A stretch of DNA of 64,000 bases from Guillardia theta CCMP2712 (Eukaryota; Protista; Cryptophyta): NCBI RefSeq assembly GCF_000315625.1, contig NW_005434654.1, positions 190,273 through 254,272 on the forward strand, given 5' to 3'. This document shows positions 13,277-24,715 of the stretch, piece by piece. The stretch's first letter is position 1; each line of letters opens with the position of its first letter. A program made the translations under genes and the position numbers. The notes under the pieces were generated by a model, which was given only the letters and a program-made list of their open reading frames with translations, was not told the origin of the DNA and did no database searches.

Positions 13277-13990
13277 AGCTTCTTGTGGATTGTGACAGGA
13301 AACGGTAAAACCTTATAAGTACTTAACAAGCCTCCTGGGCAAAGAGTTAGTGAAAAGACGCTGAGCAAAAGCACGCTAATGAAGATAAACGTGATTGTGT
13401 TGCAAGAAACAGAAAGGCGACACGTTGAGGATAAATTATGATTGAATGGTGCTCACGAATCACAAACTTCAGCAGTATGATCCAGAAACATTCTCAGAGA
13501 CTTTCAAGAAGCAGCAAGGCTCTTGGAGCAGCAAGGTTCTTGTGGGAAAGAAGCATTGAAGCGAAAAGAAGGTGACATTTAAAAGGAGAGAGAGGAGGAG
13601 GAGCAGGAGGAGGAGGAGGAGGAGCATTGAACCATCGCATCCAGCGTGATCACAAGCTGCTACCTGTTGGCGTCCACAATTGGCCATGCCCTGAAGAGTC
13701 GCTGTCAATCACGGCCTATGAAATACAAATTTAAATTAGCTATTTTTGTATTTTGATGCTTTGTTTTAATCTATTAGCTCTCTCACTTTTCCCCCCGGAA
13801 TTGCCATGTAACCGTCGGGTGCCTATGTAACTGCTCTGTTCAGAAATAGAACCATGGGGATACCGGTATCGCACAAGGCTACTTGAGGAGGAGCGGCAGA
13901 GGAGAAGAGTATGGGAGACAAGTGTCGATAAGTGTTTGCTAACAAGTCTGGAAGAAACCTCGGGTGTTCGAGCTTCGGTGCTCAAGAGAA

Positions 13991-15067
13991 ATGGAGGTTG
14001 GACAAGGAAGAAGATCAACTCGGGTTGGGCTGACTGTTGGGGCGTCCGGAGCTCTAGTGCTGCTAGTTCTTATAATGTCTAACTATCAAGGTCGAGATGA
14101 TCGAAATTTAAAAGTGAACAAAGACATCGATGAGCTTTTGGCCATCAATTCGTACCCGAACTATGGAAATTACCTGAGCAAGGATTCAACCGCCTTGAGT
14201 TATGATTCAAGCGCAAGCAGCCAAGATAAGTTCAAGACATTGCATGCCCTTGCTCAGGCAGCAAAAGAAGAGCACAGGCTTCATGTGCAATCGTCAATGT
14301 CCCCTGATCAGAAGGTAACTTGTGGTATTGGAATTGTTCCTTTGTAACTGTTGTGTGCAGATAAGTTCAATAAGCAACCCAATATCTCTATTGAAGAATC
14401 TCGCAAAGGCCCATGACTCTTCAACCAATACAAAGAAGTTGAAGCAAGCCAGTGACACTATCAAACAAGTCATGGAGCAATCCTTGAAGGACGAAGATTT
14501 GCGACGGAAGGTACTGAGCGAGGCAGATTCTGTAAACAAGAAAGATGGCAGTAGCTGGAATTCTTTGCTTGCAAACCAGGTGACCCTTGTATGTCATATA
14601 TTCTGCTTGTTTGAATATCCTGAAAAGATTGGGCCTCATTCTCTTGCTATGGCATCTGATTGGCTTTCAACGGAACTTGCTACGAGCAAATCCAAAAAGA
14701 AAGGCGCAACTTTCGCCCGCGCGCAACTTGCTGCCGCCTTGTCTCAGGTGCTCTCTTGCCCTCACAGTTGCGGAGAGCATGTGAGAAGCTCACTGCTGCA
14801 TTGCAGGTGGGGGGAAAATTCTCACGGCCTGTTTGGAGTTCTCAGGGGGAAGTCAGCAGTTCGAGATCATCGTCTTTGGTTGCCTTCGAATCTGCTGTGG
14901 CAAAGCATGTTATGAGCAATGCGTTGTCAAGCCATCAAGAATCGGATCCTTATGGTGGAGCAAGTGACGATTCCTATTCATCGTCACAACAGTCGAAGAA
15001 TTCCGGCGTTGCGCCAGGACTCAGTTCTTATGACGCGCAAATCTTAGCCAACGGGCCTCCGTCATGA
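13991..15067 (+). CDS. Hypothetical type II membrane protein, multi-exon
   Basis: N-terminal TM segment (VGLTVGASGALVLLVLIM) then an S/K/A-rich ectodomain across overlapping ORFs joined by GT-AG introns (e.g. donors at 14315 and 14580). Confidence 0.6.
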
Positions 15068-15884
15068 GTACGTCGTGAAAATATTTTCAAAGTTTGTGGT
15101 GTTTTTTCGTGTTCTCGACGTATTTGTGGAGATTTTTACGTGATCTCGACGATTTTTTCATGTTTCTCTTGGGAAAACCAGTTCATGTTTCAGTGTATGT
15201 AAAGCAGAAGAGAAAAAAATATACATTATCAAAACAGATCGATAAAACGCATATACGGTTCTGCTAGAACTGAATCTTAATGGATGGCTTGTGCAGAATA
15301 CCGTTGTCAAAGGATGCATGCCGCGTTACAACTTTCCTATCTCCACCATTCTGATCTGGCAACAGCCAGATCAGATGTCAAGGTTCAACGGTTTGTCCAT
15401 GAAGCACATTGATCGTACTACTCGTCATTCTCTTTGCGATGGCCTTTGAAATTTCTTGTCCGATCAATCTCATAGTTGGTCAAGTAAAGGGCTTGATTAC
15501 GATTCAATCACTTGGATCACCTCCGTTCTCTTCAGCGACTGTCCCCTTGAAACTCAACAGCCCTTCCCCTCCCCCCCCCTTCCCCCTCCCGCTCTCTCCC
15601 TCTCCCTCTCCCTCCCCCTCTCCCTCTCCCTCTTGTCCTTCTTCAGGCCTGCCTGCCTCCCTCTTTCCTGCCGCCTAGTCTTGTTCTTGTCTCCTGAGCA
15701 GAGACGTCTTCCCAATCGCGCGAAAACTACACAAATTGACTGGTCAAAACGCAACGGTCAAATTGGTCAAACCTTGAGAAAGGCAGGGAGGAGAATGGGG
15801 GAAGATATACAACAAGCACAGGCTTCGACCTTGATGATGATAAGAGACAAGTCAGAAGTGATCTAGTAGATCCCTGTTTCCTCC

Positions 15885-18496
15885 ATGACCGCTGAAGGCG
15901 AGCTTCTACGATATGGCGAAGGGACGCGGACGAGGAATTCAGCGTGGAGGAGAGGAACAAGAATAGTCAGGTCACTGACTGAGGGAGGAGGCTCTGTGGA
16001 GACACCCCTTCGTGCCCAGGGAGAAGGAAGAGCGCTTCTTGGTTTGAATGGCGAACGTGACCCAATCAAGAAAGATCGCAGTTGTGATGAAGAAGACGAA
16101 CTTGACGTTGGTTATGTTGTTGGCAACAAGGCAGTCACTGAAGAGCCTCCAAAGAATGAGAAGATCAATGACCATGATCGCAAAAATTTTACGGAAAAAC
16201 AAGATGAAAAATCGACAAGAATACAACCTGATGCCGTCAAGGAAGTCTTGACTGCTGTCAAGCTTCCAACCAAACACCACGAGGAGACAGCACGAAACAA
16301 AGTTTGCAGAGTAATCGAGAAAGATTATACAAAACAAAGCGAGAAAACTGTGTCTACATATGGAGCAAACTATAAAGGGCTTAACGAAACAGAGATGAAC
16401 GACTTGAGAACTGCTTTCAGGTTGCCAAAGTTCAGCCTGGAGGAGATAGCAGTTGCAGATAGCAATTGCACAAGTAGAGATGTTATGCTTGAAGTTTGAA
16501 TATTAATGTAGATTTCAGGCTTGCAACCTGTCGTGAAAGAACGTCAAGACGAGAATGAGAAATCATCTCTCATTGAGCAGGTTGGAATGATGCTTTGACT
16601 CCTGCGTTTGTTGACTTGATCCTCAGCTTGAAAGATTGTGCGTTCTACACACGGATGGCAAATTGTCAGTCTTTGAATTTTCAGCGGCAAAGAAGATTTT
16701 ATTGCATGCATTTTCCAAGTCGAGAGAATCTGCAAAAGTTTCGCAGGGTTTGTTGAACTCGAAGTTGTCGAGCAGCAGAGAATTGGAGGCATCAACGATC
16801 CACGTGGAGAAGAAGTTAAGACAGGGAAGCACCGGGAAAGAGAAGCCAACCATGGGAGAGAAAGCATCAGCAGTGGCGGAAGGAAAAGGAGACATCAAAG
16901 ATCTCGACAGCAAGCGTGAACTCCGTTCGGTCCCAATATTCGACGTCAACGCAGCAACTAGAGCAGCGAAATGGCTCAAGGAGGAACAAGCAAAATTCCA
17001 CCTGGTCACCCATGTCTATGGAAGGAACTACGACATGCGTCACAAGCTGCATCCCTTCCGTCACTACGACGTGTCAAACTATCCTGCCCAGCCCTCCTGG
17101 TCTTTCCCTGGCAGGCAGCAGCCGAGCTGGATCCTCCTCCCCAACTGCGAGACGCCTGGCCCGGGGCACTACGTGATCTCAGTAAGCGGAACGACTAGTC
17201 GCTCCACGAGTTTCGGCAAGGGGGGACAAAGACTCTCGCCCAGCAGGTGCTGTGCTTGTAAGAGGAGGAGAGCCACTGACTGTTGTCCTTGTCATGGTAC
17301 AGGCACCACGAGTACGAGCAGGCGAACATGCCGGGGCCAGGTCAGTATGACGTAGAGGGCAACTGGGGTCAGGACGGCTTCACGTTTGGGAGAAGCGTCA
17401 TGCGACCAGCGTCAGTGGAGGAGGCTGAGGGCTTCCCGGGTCCAGGAGAGTACGACCCATGGAAGGAGGAGAAGGAGCGTGGCCGCGGTGTGTCCTTCGG
17501 GAAGGAGGTGCAGCGGCCGGATGAGTGGGAGGTGACTGTAGCAAAGGATCTTCCGGGTCCTCAAGAGTATGTGACGACGATAAGATGGGGGAAAGAAAAA
17601 GGAGGAGGAAGCATCAGCTCTTCAGAGCGATTCCCTAAGCCGACCAGGCAAGAGGAAGAAAAAGCTTCCTTCCCCGGGCCTGCAGATTATGACTGCTTTC
17701 GGGGGGAGGAGGGGAAAGGTCCCTCCTTCTCCAGACAAGAGAGGCTGCCATGGACAGAGGAGCAGAAGGCGTGGCTTAGCGTCCCGAGCTCCACAGCTTA
17801 CAATACAGCGAGAGAGTGGAGGAGCAAGAGCCCCTCCTTCCCGCGTGAAGCGAGAGACTTGGAGAGCAAGGTGCTGCTCGGAGAGAATAGATCCTTCCCT
17901 GGTCCTGGCGCTTACCTCCTCCTGTCCTCCTCTCCAACCTCTCCAGGCATTTCTTTCGGTCAGGAGGAGCAGAGAAGAATGAGCATGTGGGAACGAGAGC
18001 AGCAGCAGGTGCCTGGGCCAGGTACTTACGATCCGCAGGAAGACAACGGCATAAGTATCAGTTTTCCGAAGGAAGCAAAGAAGAACAGGTGGCTGGAGGG
18101 GACAGCAATGGAGCTGTCGCCTGGTCCAGGACACTACTCGTCTCCTCCTCCAGCAGGAAACGGAGGGCTCAGCTTCGGCAAGGAGGAGCAGAGAATGCTG
18201 AGTGGGCAGGAAAGGTACTGGAGAACCACCCCAGGAGTTGGAGCTTACGATGAGGGGTTTTCCCTCCTGCCTCAGCCCCCTTGTGCTGTGATAGGCAACG
18301 AAGTTCGTCAGCTAGTCTTCATGAGTCCCTCGAAAATGCGCAGACAGCGAGCAACAGCTCTCTGCTGCCTCTGCAGCCTGGAGCAGCGTCCAGAGATGCT
18401 GCAGCTGTGTCCGATCCACAGGACATGGTCGAGGAAGCACCAGGAGATTGTGATGGAAAAAGAAGCGCAGAAAAGCTATGGAGGTTTTGATGGTGG

Positions 18497-18537
<41 letters not shown>

Positions 18538-18608
18538 TAAGATCTGTTGCAACGGGTGATAGGTCGACCACAAAACTCGTCAAACCGAGAGGCACAATCT
18601 TTCGCTAG
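15885..18608 (+). CDS. SHIPPO-repeat (ODF3/STPG-like, PG-rich) ciliary microtubule-associated protein
   Basis: At least nine PGPG.Y-type repeats (PGPGHY, PGPGQY, PGPGEY, PGPQEY, PGPADY, PGPGAY, PGPGTY, PGVGAY), most followed by an SF[GP]-type motif. 5' exons uncertain. Confidence 0.8.
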
Positions 18609-18981
18609 TCTGTATTGCCCACTCATCGGTATAGCAGATGGAAGCAGGGAAGTGAAATTTGCAAGAACACTCGACACAGAACAGGATTTCATAGCGATGG
18701 TAAGAAAAGTGATCTCTATCATTGAATGTATTGACATACAACATATTTTCAGAAACATCTCAACAGTACAGAAACCCCAAACAACATCACTTACAAAACT
18801 GATCATCCTGAAGATTTTCCAAGTACCAGGCCGAGAAATAAGAAATTCACAGCTTTTGTTGACAATTGGCGAAGGACAAAATATCAAGTATAGAAAAAAC
18901 TCTTGAAATTTGAATTCTCCAATATATTGAGAAACAAAATATGATAACTAAGCATACACAAGAGATCACACAATAAGAGCC

Positions 18982-20491
18982 TTACAACTTGATGAAGGAC
19001 CAGAATCCACCCTCCTTTTTCTGCTCCTTTGCAGCAGCAGCAGGTTTGGCAGGCTCCTCCTCCTTCTTTGCCTCAGGCTCATTCTCCTTCTCCTCAGTCT
19101 GAATCGAAGCCTTGACCTCCTCCTTGGACTCAGCCACAACTTCCACCTCCTGCTCAGAGAGGGTGCTGGCTGGTTCCTGCAGCTCGTTTACTTCCCTGTC
19201 ACCTTGACGTCAATTATCAGCGGAATTATAGGAAAGGGGTGTTCTTACTGCCAATGAGGAGCTTCTTGATCTCCTGCAACTCCTCGAGAGCGCTCTTGAG
19301 GGTGCTCTCAGTCTCCTTGCGTCTCATCATCTCGACCTCAAGCTGTGCAAGACGATCAGATCAAGACAGAGAACAAGTGATGGTTGTAACCTTGGAGAAG
19401 AGGGACTTGAGGCGGAAGTCCTCGGGGGGGGGCTCAACTCCAGCAGGCTGGCGGTTGTACATGCGGCGAAGTCTCCAGGTGCTTGGGCGCTTCTTGTAGG
19501 GCTCGTCCTTGTCGGCGTAGGCCTCCTTGGCAGCCTGATGAACGTGTAAGAATATCAATAAGGCCAAGAGAGTAACCACCTTCTGATCGTAGAGCTCGTA
19601 GATGTTCCTGACCTCAGGAGACATGCTGGTCTGCACAGGCAAATGAACAATTGTAATGTGCAAGAACATGTCAAATACCTCGGGGTCGAAGTTGAGGTTG
19701 TTGAGCTCGCCAGTGGCGGGGTCGACAGTGAAGCCGAAGATGCGGGGCTTGGGGAAGCCAGTGCGAAGGTTGGTGTAAGTCCTCCTCCTCTGGACAACAG
19801 CCTCCTTGTAGACGTTGTTGCACCTGCAACTCAGTCAGCCGATCATAAACCACACAGAAGAAACTTACTGCTCCAAAACGTTGAGCTCGATCAAGCGGCG
19901 CTCGCGGGCCTTGGGGTCGGAGATGCTGTCCAACTCAGCCTTGTGGAGGCGCTGGACATCGCGGACCTGGCGAACCCAGTTCTCAAGCGGAGCAAGATGG
20001 TCGTTCATGGACATGGAAGCCTTGACTCCACCGCACTCGAAGTGACCAGCAACAATGATGTTCTCGATCTCGAGGTACTCGATTGCGAACTGAAGGATGG
20101 CCATCAAGGACATGTCAGTGTTGACGACCTGGTTGGCAACGTTGCGGTGAACTACAATCTCGCCAGGCTCAAGTCCGAGAATCTCGTTGGCTGGGATACG
20201 AGCATCACTGCATCCGATCCACAAGAACTTGGGGCTCTGTCCCTTGGCCATCTTGCTGAAGTAATCCTTGTCCTGCTTCAACATGCTCTCCCTGAAGACA
20301 CGGTTGCCCTCCATCAAGTGATCGATGTTCTTCTTCTCGATCATGGAGGCAAGCTTCTCGCCGTCGAAGTCAGCCATGCGAACATTCACGGCAGCAGAGC
20401 GCGATCCCCTGAGAGTGGGGACACGGGCGATGGTGAAGCCCTGTGCAGAGGCAGCAAGGGCTGCAAGAACGAGTGCTCGTCTGAGGAACAT
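18982..20491 (-). CDS. Beta-carbonic anhydrase with bipartite plastid-targeting leader and extended C-terminus (6 predicted exons)
   Basis: Zn ligands in WIGCSDAR and AGHFECGGV, plus HRNVANQV. Signal peptide MFLRRALVLAALAASAQG|F and transit peptide ending VRM. Spliced continuation EQCNNVYKEAVVQ..RIFGFTVDPATGEL and tail ending KKEGGFWSFIKL*. Confidence 0.92.
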
Positions 20492-20494
20492 CTT

Positions 20495-21195
20495 AGGAAA
20501 GGGGTACTCGAGGTAGGACCGAGGAGAGCAGCAACCGCAGCTTCCGCTAGCGCTGGAGCAGATGGAAGCGCAATGGGGGCGGTGGGATTAAAAACTGTCG
20601 CCCCCCTTCTTGGGGTAGGGGTGCTTGTCAGCGGAAAGGGGTGGTGGGGTATAGATCATGTTTGGAACCAAGTAAAGGGGTCCCTGCTCCATGTCTGATC
20701 TTTTGAGGGTGGGGTCATAGAAGAGGGGTTATTGAGTCTAGGAAGGGGTACCCATAATTGCCTGAATATGAGGTAGGGTGGTGATGCAAAGGGGGTGATG
20801 CTTGAGGGGTACTTTGATGATGTCGAATAGGGGTAGTGGGCTGTAAGGGGACAGACATCGAGGCGATCTGAGAGGGTGGTAAGGGGGGTGGTGGGTGATC
20901 ATTTCCAGGAAATGGAAGGGTGAGCTAAGCTGTAAGGACGGGTAGCTCTGTAAAATGAAGGGGTGATGCAGCTACCCCTTGCTTTTCCTTTCGAAGAAGA
21001 GGGGAATGGGGGTAGGGATATATGTATAGATGATTTATCTTTGCTGATGGTACTTTTCTATGGGAAACATGGGGGTCTCTCCCACCACCGGTCCCCTTTT
21101 ACAGCGATCATCGGGAGTAGGATGACTCAGAGGGGTGGACGAGGGGTAACTCATAAGCGGCTGTAAAACAAGTGGAGCTGATGAGAGTTTACAGA
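20495..21195. promoter_or_regulatory. GGGTA-rich upstream region of the carbonic anhydrase with repeated CTGTAA/TTTACAG motifs
   Basis: ctgtaa at ~20841, 20930, 20948 and 21161; tttacag at ~21098 and 21188; many ggggta/gggtag words. Confidence 0.5.
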
Positions 21196-21620
21196 GCCCG
21201 ACTGAGATCATACGGGAATGCGACCCGGACTCCGGCAAAGAAAAGGCCTCGTAACTGTTTTAACAGGAAGATGAAACCGTCACAGTGAAAAACGGTTAAC
21301 CGTTCACTAGACCGGCGGCCCATTGACCGGACTCGGTCAGTCCCGGCCGGCCTGGGGCCCTGCCGGGACTCTCACTCCGGCCGGCGGCAGCGGCCGGCGG
21401 CGGGCGCCGTGACCGTCGGACGTGCTGCGGATGCCCGCGACCGTACGGTACCACCCGGTGACCCGGTGACCCGGCACGGTCGGCGGGCCGCGCGCAGCAC
21501 CGTGACGGTGACCGGCCCGGGCGACGGTCCGGCCGCGGCGGCCGGGGCCCGGCGGGCCGCGGACCGTACCGTGGCGGCGGCCTGGATTGCTGGCAGGCCC
21601 GGCCCCCCGCCGTGACTACT

Positions 21621-22093
21621 GAGGCTAGACTCGTGACTCGGAGGCTCGTGACGCCGGGTCACCGGGCGAGTAAAGGCTCAGCGCTGGCGGGCCGAACTTC
21701 TGCCGCGTACATGACAGTGATCTCGGGCCCCGGACTCGAAAGTCACCGTTACTCATCCCGGCAGCGCCTTGAGCGGCGGCGGCGTCCGATCAGTGCGACT
21801 CTCAGGGCCCGGCCTTTCCGACCTGGCCTACATCATCATGCGGCCGCAGCCATTACACACCGTCACGCGTGATTCTCCCTCTGTCCACTGACTCGGATGT
21901 GGCGCACGCCACTTGTTGCCCGGCCCGCAGCCTGCAGCACAGCGAGCCTCTGCTTCCCCGACCGTACCTACCATCATCAGATTTGCTGACTCGGATTCTT
22001 TGCCAACAGTGTGGTCTTTGAAGACAAATCTCCATCCGATCGCCTTGCTCGGCATCCGATCTCAGTGGCCCCGTGACTGCGGCGTCAGGACCG
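21621..22093 (+). pseudogene. Decayed duplicate of the PP2C upstream/5' region (template 22136-22606) riddled with short insertions
   Basis: Collinear blocks (ccattacacac, attctccctctgtcca, tgtggcgcacgccacttgttgccc, gtctttgaagacaaatctccatc, gccttgctcggcatc) are separated by 5-18 nt inserts. Confidence 0.85.
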
Positions 22094-22387
22094 TCCGCGG
22101 CGGGCAGCGGCAGCCCGGCCCGGGCCGGCCCCCCGACTAGGCTAGACTCGTGACGCCGGGTCACCGGGTGAGTAAAGCGGCTCAGTGCTCGAACTTCTGC
22201 CGTACCATCTCGGCGGCCCCGGACTCGAAAGTCAAGTTTACTCATCCTTGAGCGGCGGCGTCAGTGCGACTCTCCTGATCGTCCTGGTACTGATCTTTAA
22301 CTTAACTTTGAGTAAAGATATTTTTCCTCTCCGCGGCCAATCCTACCTGGCCTACATCATTTAACTTAACTTTGAGTAAAGAAATTC

Positions 22388-23509
22388 ATGCCATTACACA
22401 CAATTCTCCCTCTGTCCATGTGGCGCACGCCACTTGTTGCCCGCAGCCTGCAGCACCGCGAGCCTCTGCTTCCCCGACCTGATTTGCTGATTCGACGGTA
22501 CCAACATGGACACTGTGGCAGCGAGTCAAATAAGATGAGTTGTCCTTTGTCTTTGAAGACAAATCTCCATCGCCTTGCTCGGCATCTGGACTGCAGCGTC
22601 AGGACGCATGTGCGGACGGTGAGACTTTGTTCTGACAAGAGAGAGTCGCAGGAAAGAAGCGTCTCTAAGAAAGCCTGCAGTGACTCAGGCAAAGGCAGGC
22701 CACTGCCTCGCTTTTGGATTTATGAAGCTCAAGGCGACAGGCCTCGCATGGAGGATACGCATGTGGCGCAGCTTAGCTTCCACAAAGACAAACACGTGTT
22801 CGGGGTTTTCGACGGACATGCTGGTGATTGCGCTGCCAAGCTGCTGAGCACTGAGATCGTAGGGATACTGAGGGACCAGATCATGCAGAGGTCGGGCCCT
22901 CAAGACAGCGCATTGGGGGCCAGCCTGACCAGCAGCTTCCTTGAGGCCGAGAAGAGAGCGCTAGCACAGCCTTGGGACGATGGCAGCTCAGCAATCCTGG
23001 CAGTGATCGATGGAGATCGTCTCTTCGTGGCGAATGCTGGAGACTGCCGGGCGATCATCTGCGGTGAGGGAGAGCCCATGCCGATGAGCACTGATCACGA
23101 CCCGACTGTGCCCGAGGAACGGAAGCGCATCGAAGCCAACAACAAGCGCATTGAAAGCTATGAAATCAACGGAAGGTCCATCAACCGAATCAGATCGCTC
23201 GCAATGTCTCGATGTATAGGCGACAAAAGTCTCAAGCAATACCACGATTACGATACAGACACTTGGATACCCATAGATGATTGCATCATACCAGACCCTG
23301 AGATAAAGGAGCTCTTGCTCACGAAGCAGCACAAGTATCTGGTGATTGCCAGCGATGGATTATGGGCAACCGTGACAAACGAAGCTGTGGCACGGCGTCT
23401 CGACACCCTGACGGAAGAAGAGGATCCGGCAGAAGAGTTGCAGAAGCTCATTGATCGACGCGAAGACAACATCACAATAGTGGTCGTTGACCTGCGAGTG
23501 CATGCTTGA
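22388..23509 (+). CDS. PP2C/PPM-family Ser/Thr phosphatase, intronless (copy 2); a start at Met 22535 would give a mitochondrial-type presequence
   Basis: All PP2C motifs present: QGDRPRMED, FGVFDGHAG, DGSSA, ANAGDCRA, LAMSRCIGD, IASDGLW, EDNIT. Confidence 0.92.
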   Translation: MPLHTILPLSMWRTPLVARSLQHREPLLPRPDLLIRRYQHGHCGSESNKMSCPLSLKTNLHRLARHLDCSVRTHVRTVRLCSDKRESQERSVSKKACSDSGKGRPLPRFWIYEAQGDRPRMEDTHVAQLSFHKDKHVFGVFDGHAGDCAAKLLSTEIVGILRDQIMQRSGPQDSALGASLTSSFLEAEKRALAQPWDDGSSAILAVIDGDRLFVANAGDCRAIICGEGEPMPMSTDHDPTVPEERKRIEANNKRIESYEINGRSINRIRSLAMSRCIGDKSLKQYHDYDTDTWIPIDDCIIPDPEIKELLLTKQHKYLVIASDGLWATVTNEAVARRLDTLTEEEDPAEELQKLIDRREDNITIVVVDLRVHA

Positions 23510-23925
23510 ACGGCATATGCGACAAGATGGCACGGGTGCACGCTGCCTGTTTGCTCAGCTTTTGAAGACGCGGGGAGGTTGACATGAGTTGAGTCCAGGG
23601 GTGCCACCCGTGACCTTGAGAGGCGAGTTGTGTCTTATTCCCTTGGTATTGCATGAAGCATGACTACACCCCGACCCTCTGACTCTACTCGCACATACTC
23701 TTCGTTGCCTCCTTGATCTGACACCGACACATGGCTTGCGATCAGTCATGGAGACTGAGACTGTATCTTCATGCACTAGACAATAGATGTGCAAAGTCCT
23801 CTCTTTGCCACCGTGTCCTCCTTTGCGATGCCAGGACTGCCTGCTGCGTGGAGGGTCCATAAGCACTGACAAGACCACTCCATGCCTGTAAAGGACCACG
23901 AACTCCCGCGACTCATACGTCCAGA

Positions 23926-24130
23926 CTCTCGTTTGCGAGGTGGTCTCGTGCTGTGCTCCCTGTGTTCTCCACGGTCTCTGCTCCCAGGAGTCCACGTGTA
24001 AACGCTTTACATCCCTTGCGAGTCCCCACGGGATGGGCGCAGCATCGTAACATGACCTGATTCCTCCCAGCGTGCTGCAAGACGCCCGATAAAGAAGATT
24101 TGGTCAGCGCTTTGCTACGGTACCGTACTA
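23926..24130 (-). pseudogene. 5' fragment of the DUF202 gene carried in the duplication
   Basis: Reverse complement matches 1480-1672 and stops at ...DHLANE. Confidence 0.85.
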
Positions 24131-24715
24131 TTATTAGGTCGGGTACTTTTCCGAGCACTTTAACTGGGGTGGGGTGGCAGAATTTGTTGGGATGACTCAG
24201 TGACTCGGCAATGGCGATCCCGCGACCGTGAAACTGTTTCGAGGATGAACAACTCAAGGCAATCAAAATCTGTAGAGCTCAGTGCATGCTTTGTTGAATT
24301 GCCTCAAGGAATCTTTCTTGTTCAAATGACTTATCAACTTAGACAAGTAGCAGGCCCTGCGGCCAGGCCGCTCAGTGCCAGGCCGTTACGGGCCGCCGCT
24401 GCTCAGACTCTGAGTCTGAGCTGACCGCGCCCTCGACCCTGGCCCCTGGGCCTTTCCGGGCCCGCCTTCCCTGCCGAAACTTTTAGCCGACTAGGCTAGA
24501 CGCCCACCTTGAGTAAACTTGAACTTCTGCCGTACCATCCCGGGCCCCGGACTCGAAAGTCAAGTTTACTCATCCTTGAGCGGCGGCGTCAGTGCGACTC
24601 TCCTGATCGTCCTGGTACTGATCTTTAACTTAACTTTGAGTAAAGATATTTTTCCTCTCCGCGGCCAATCCTACCTGAGGAACAGCGGCGCGGCTACCGT
24701 AGGTACCGTAGCATC

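Noticed and set aside
19643-20698. 351-aa plus-strand ORF
   Set aside because: Antisense shadow of the strongly codon-biased carbonic anhydrase.
21310-21620. Arg/Pro/Gly/Ala-rich ORFs in GC islands (also 11035-11473, 38427-38919, 47657-48385)
   Set aside because: Expected by chance at very high GC; open in several frames with no domain signal.
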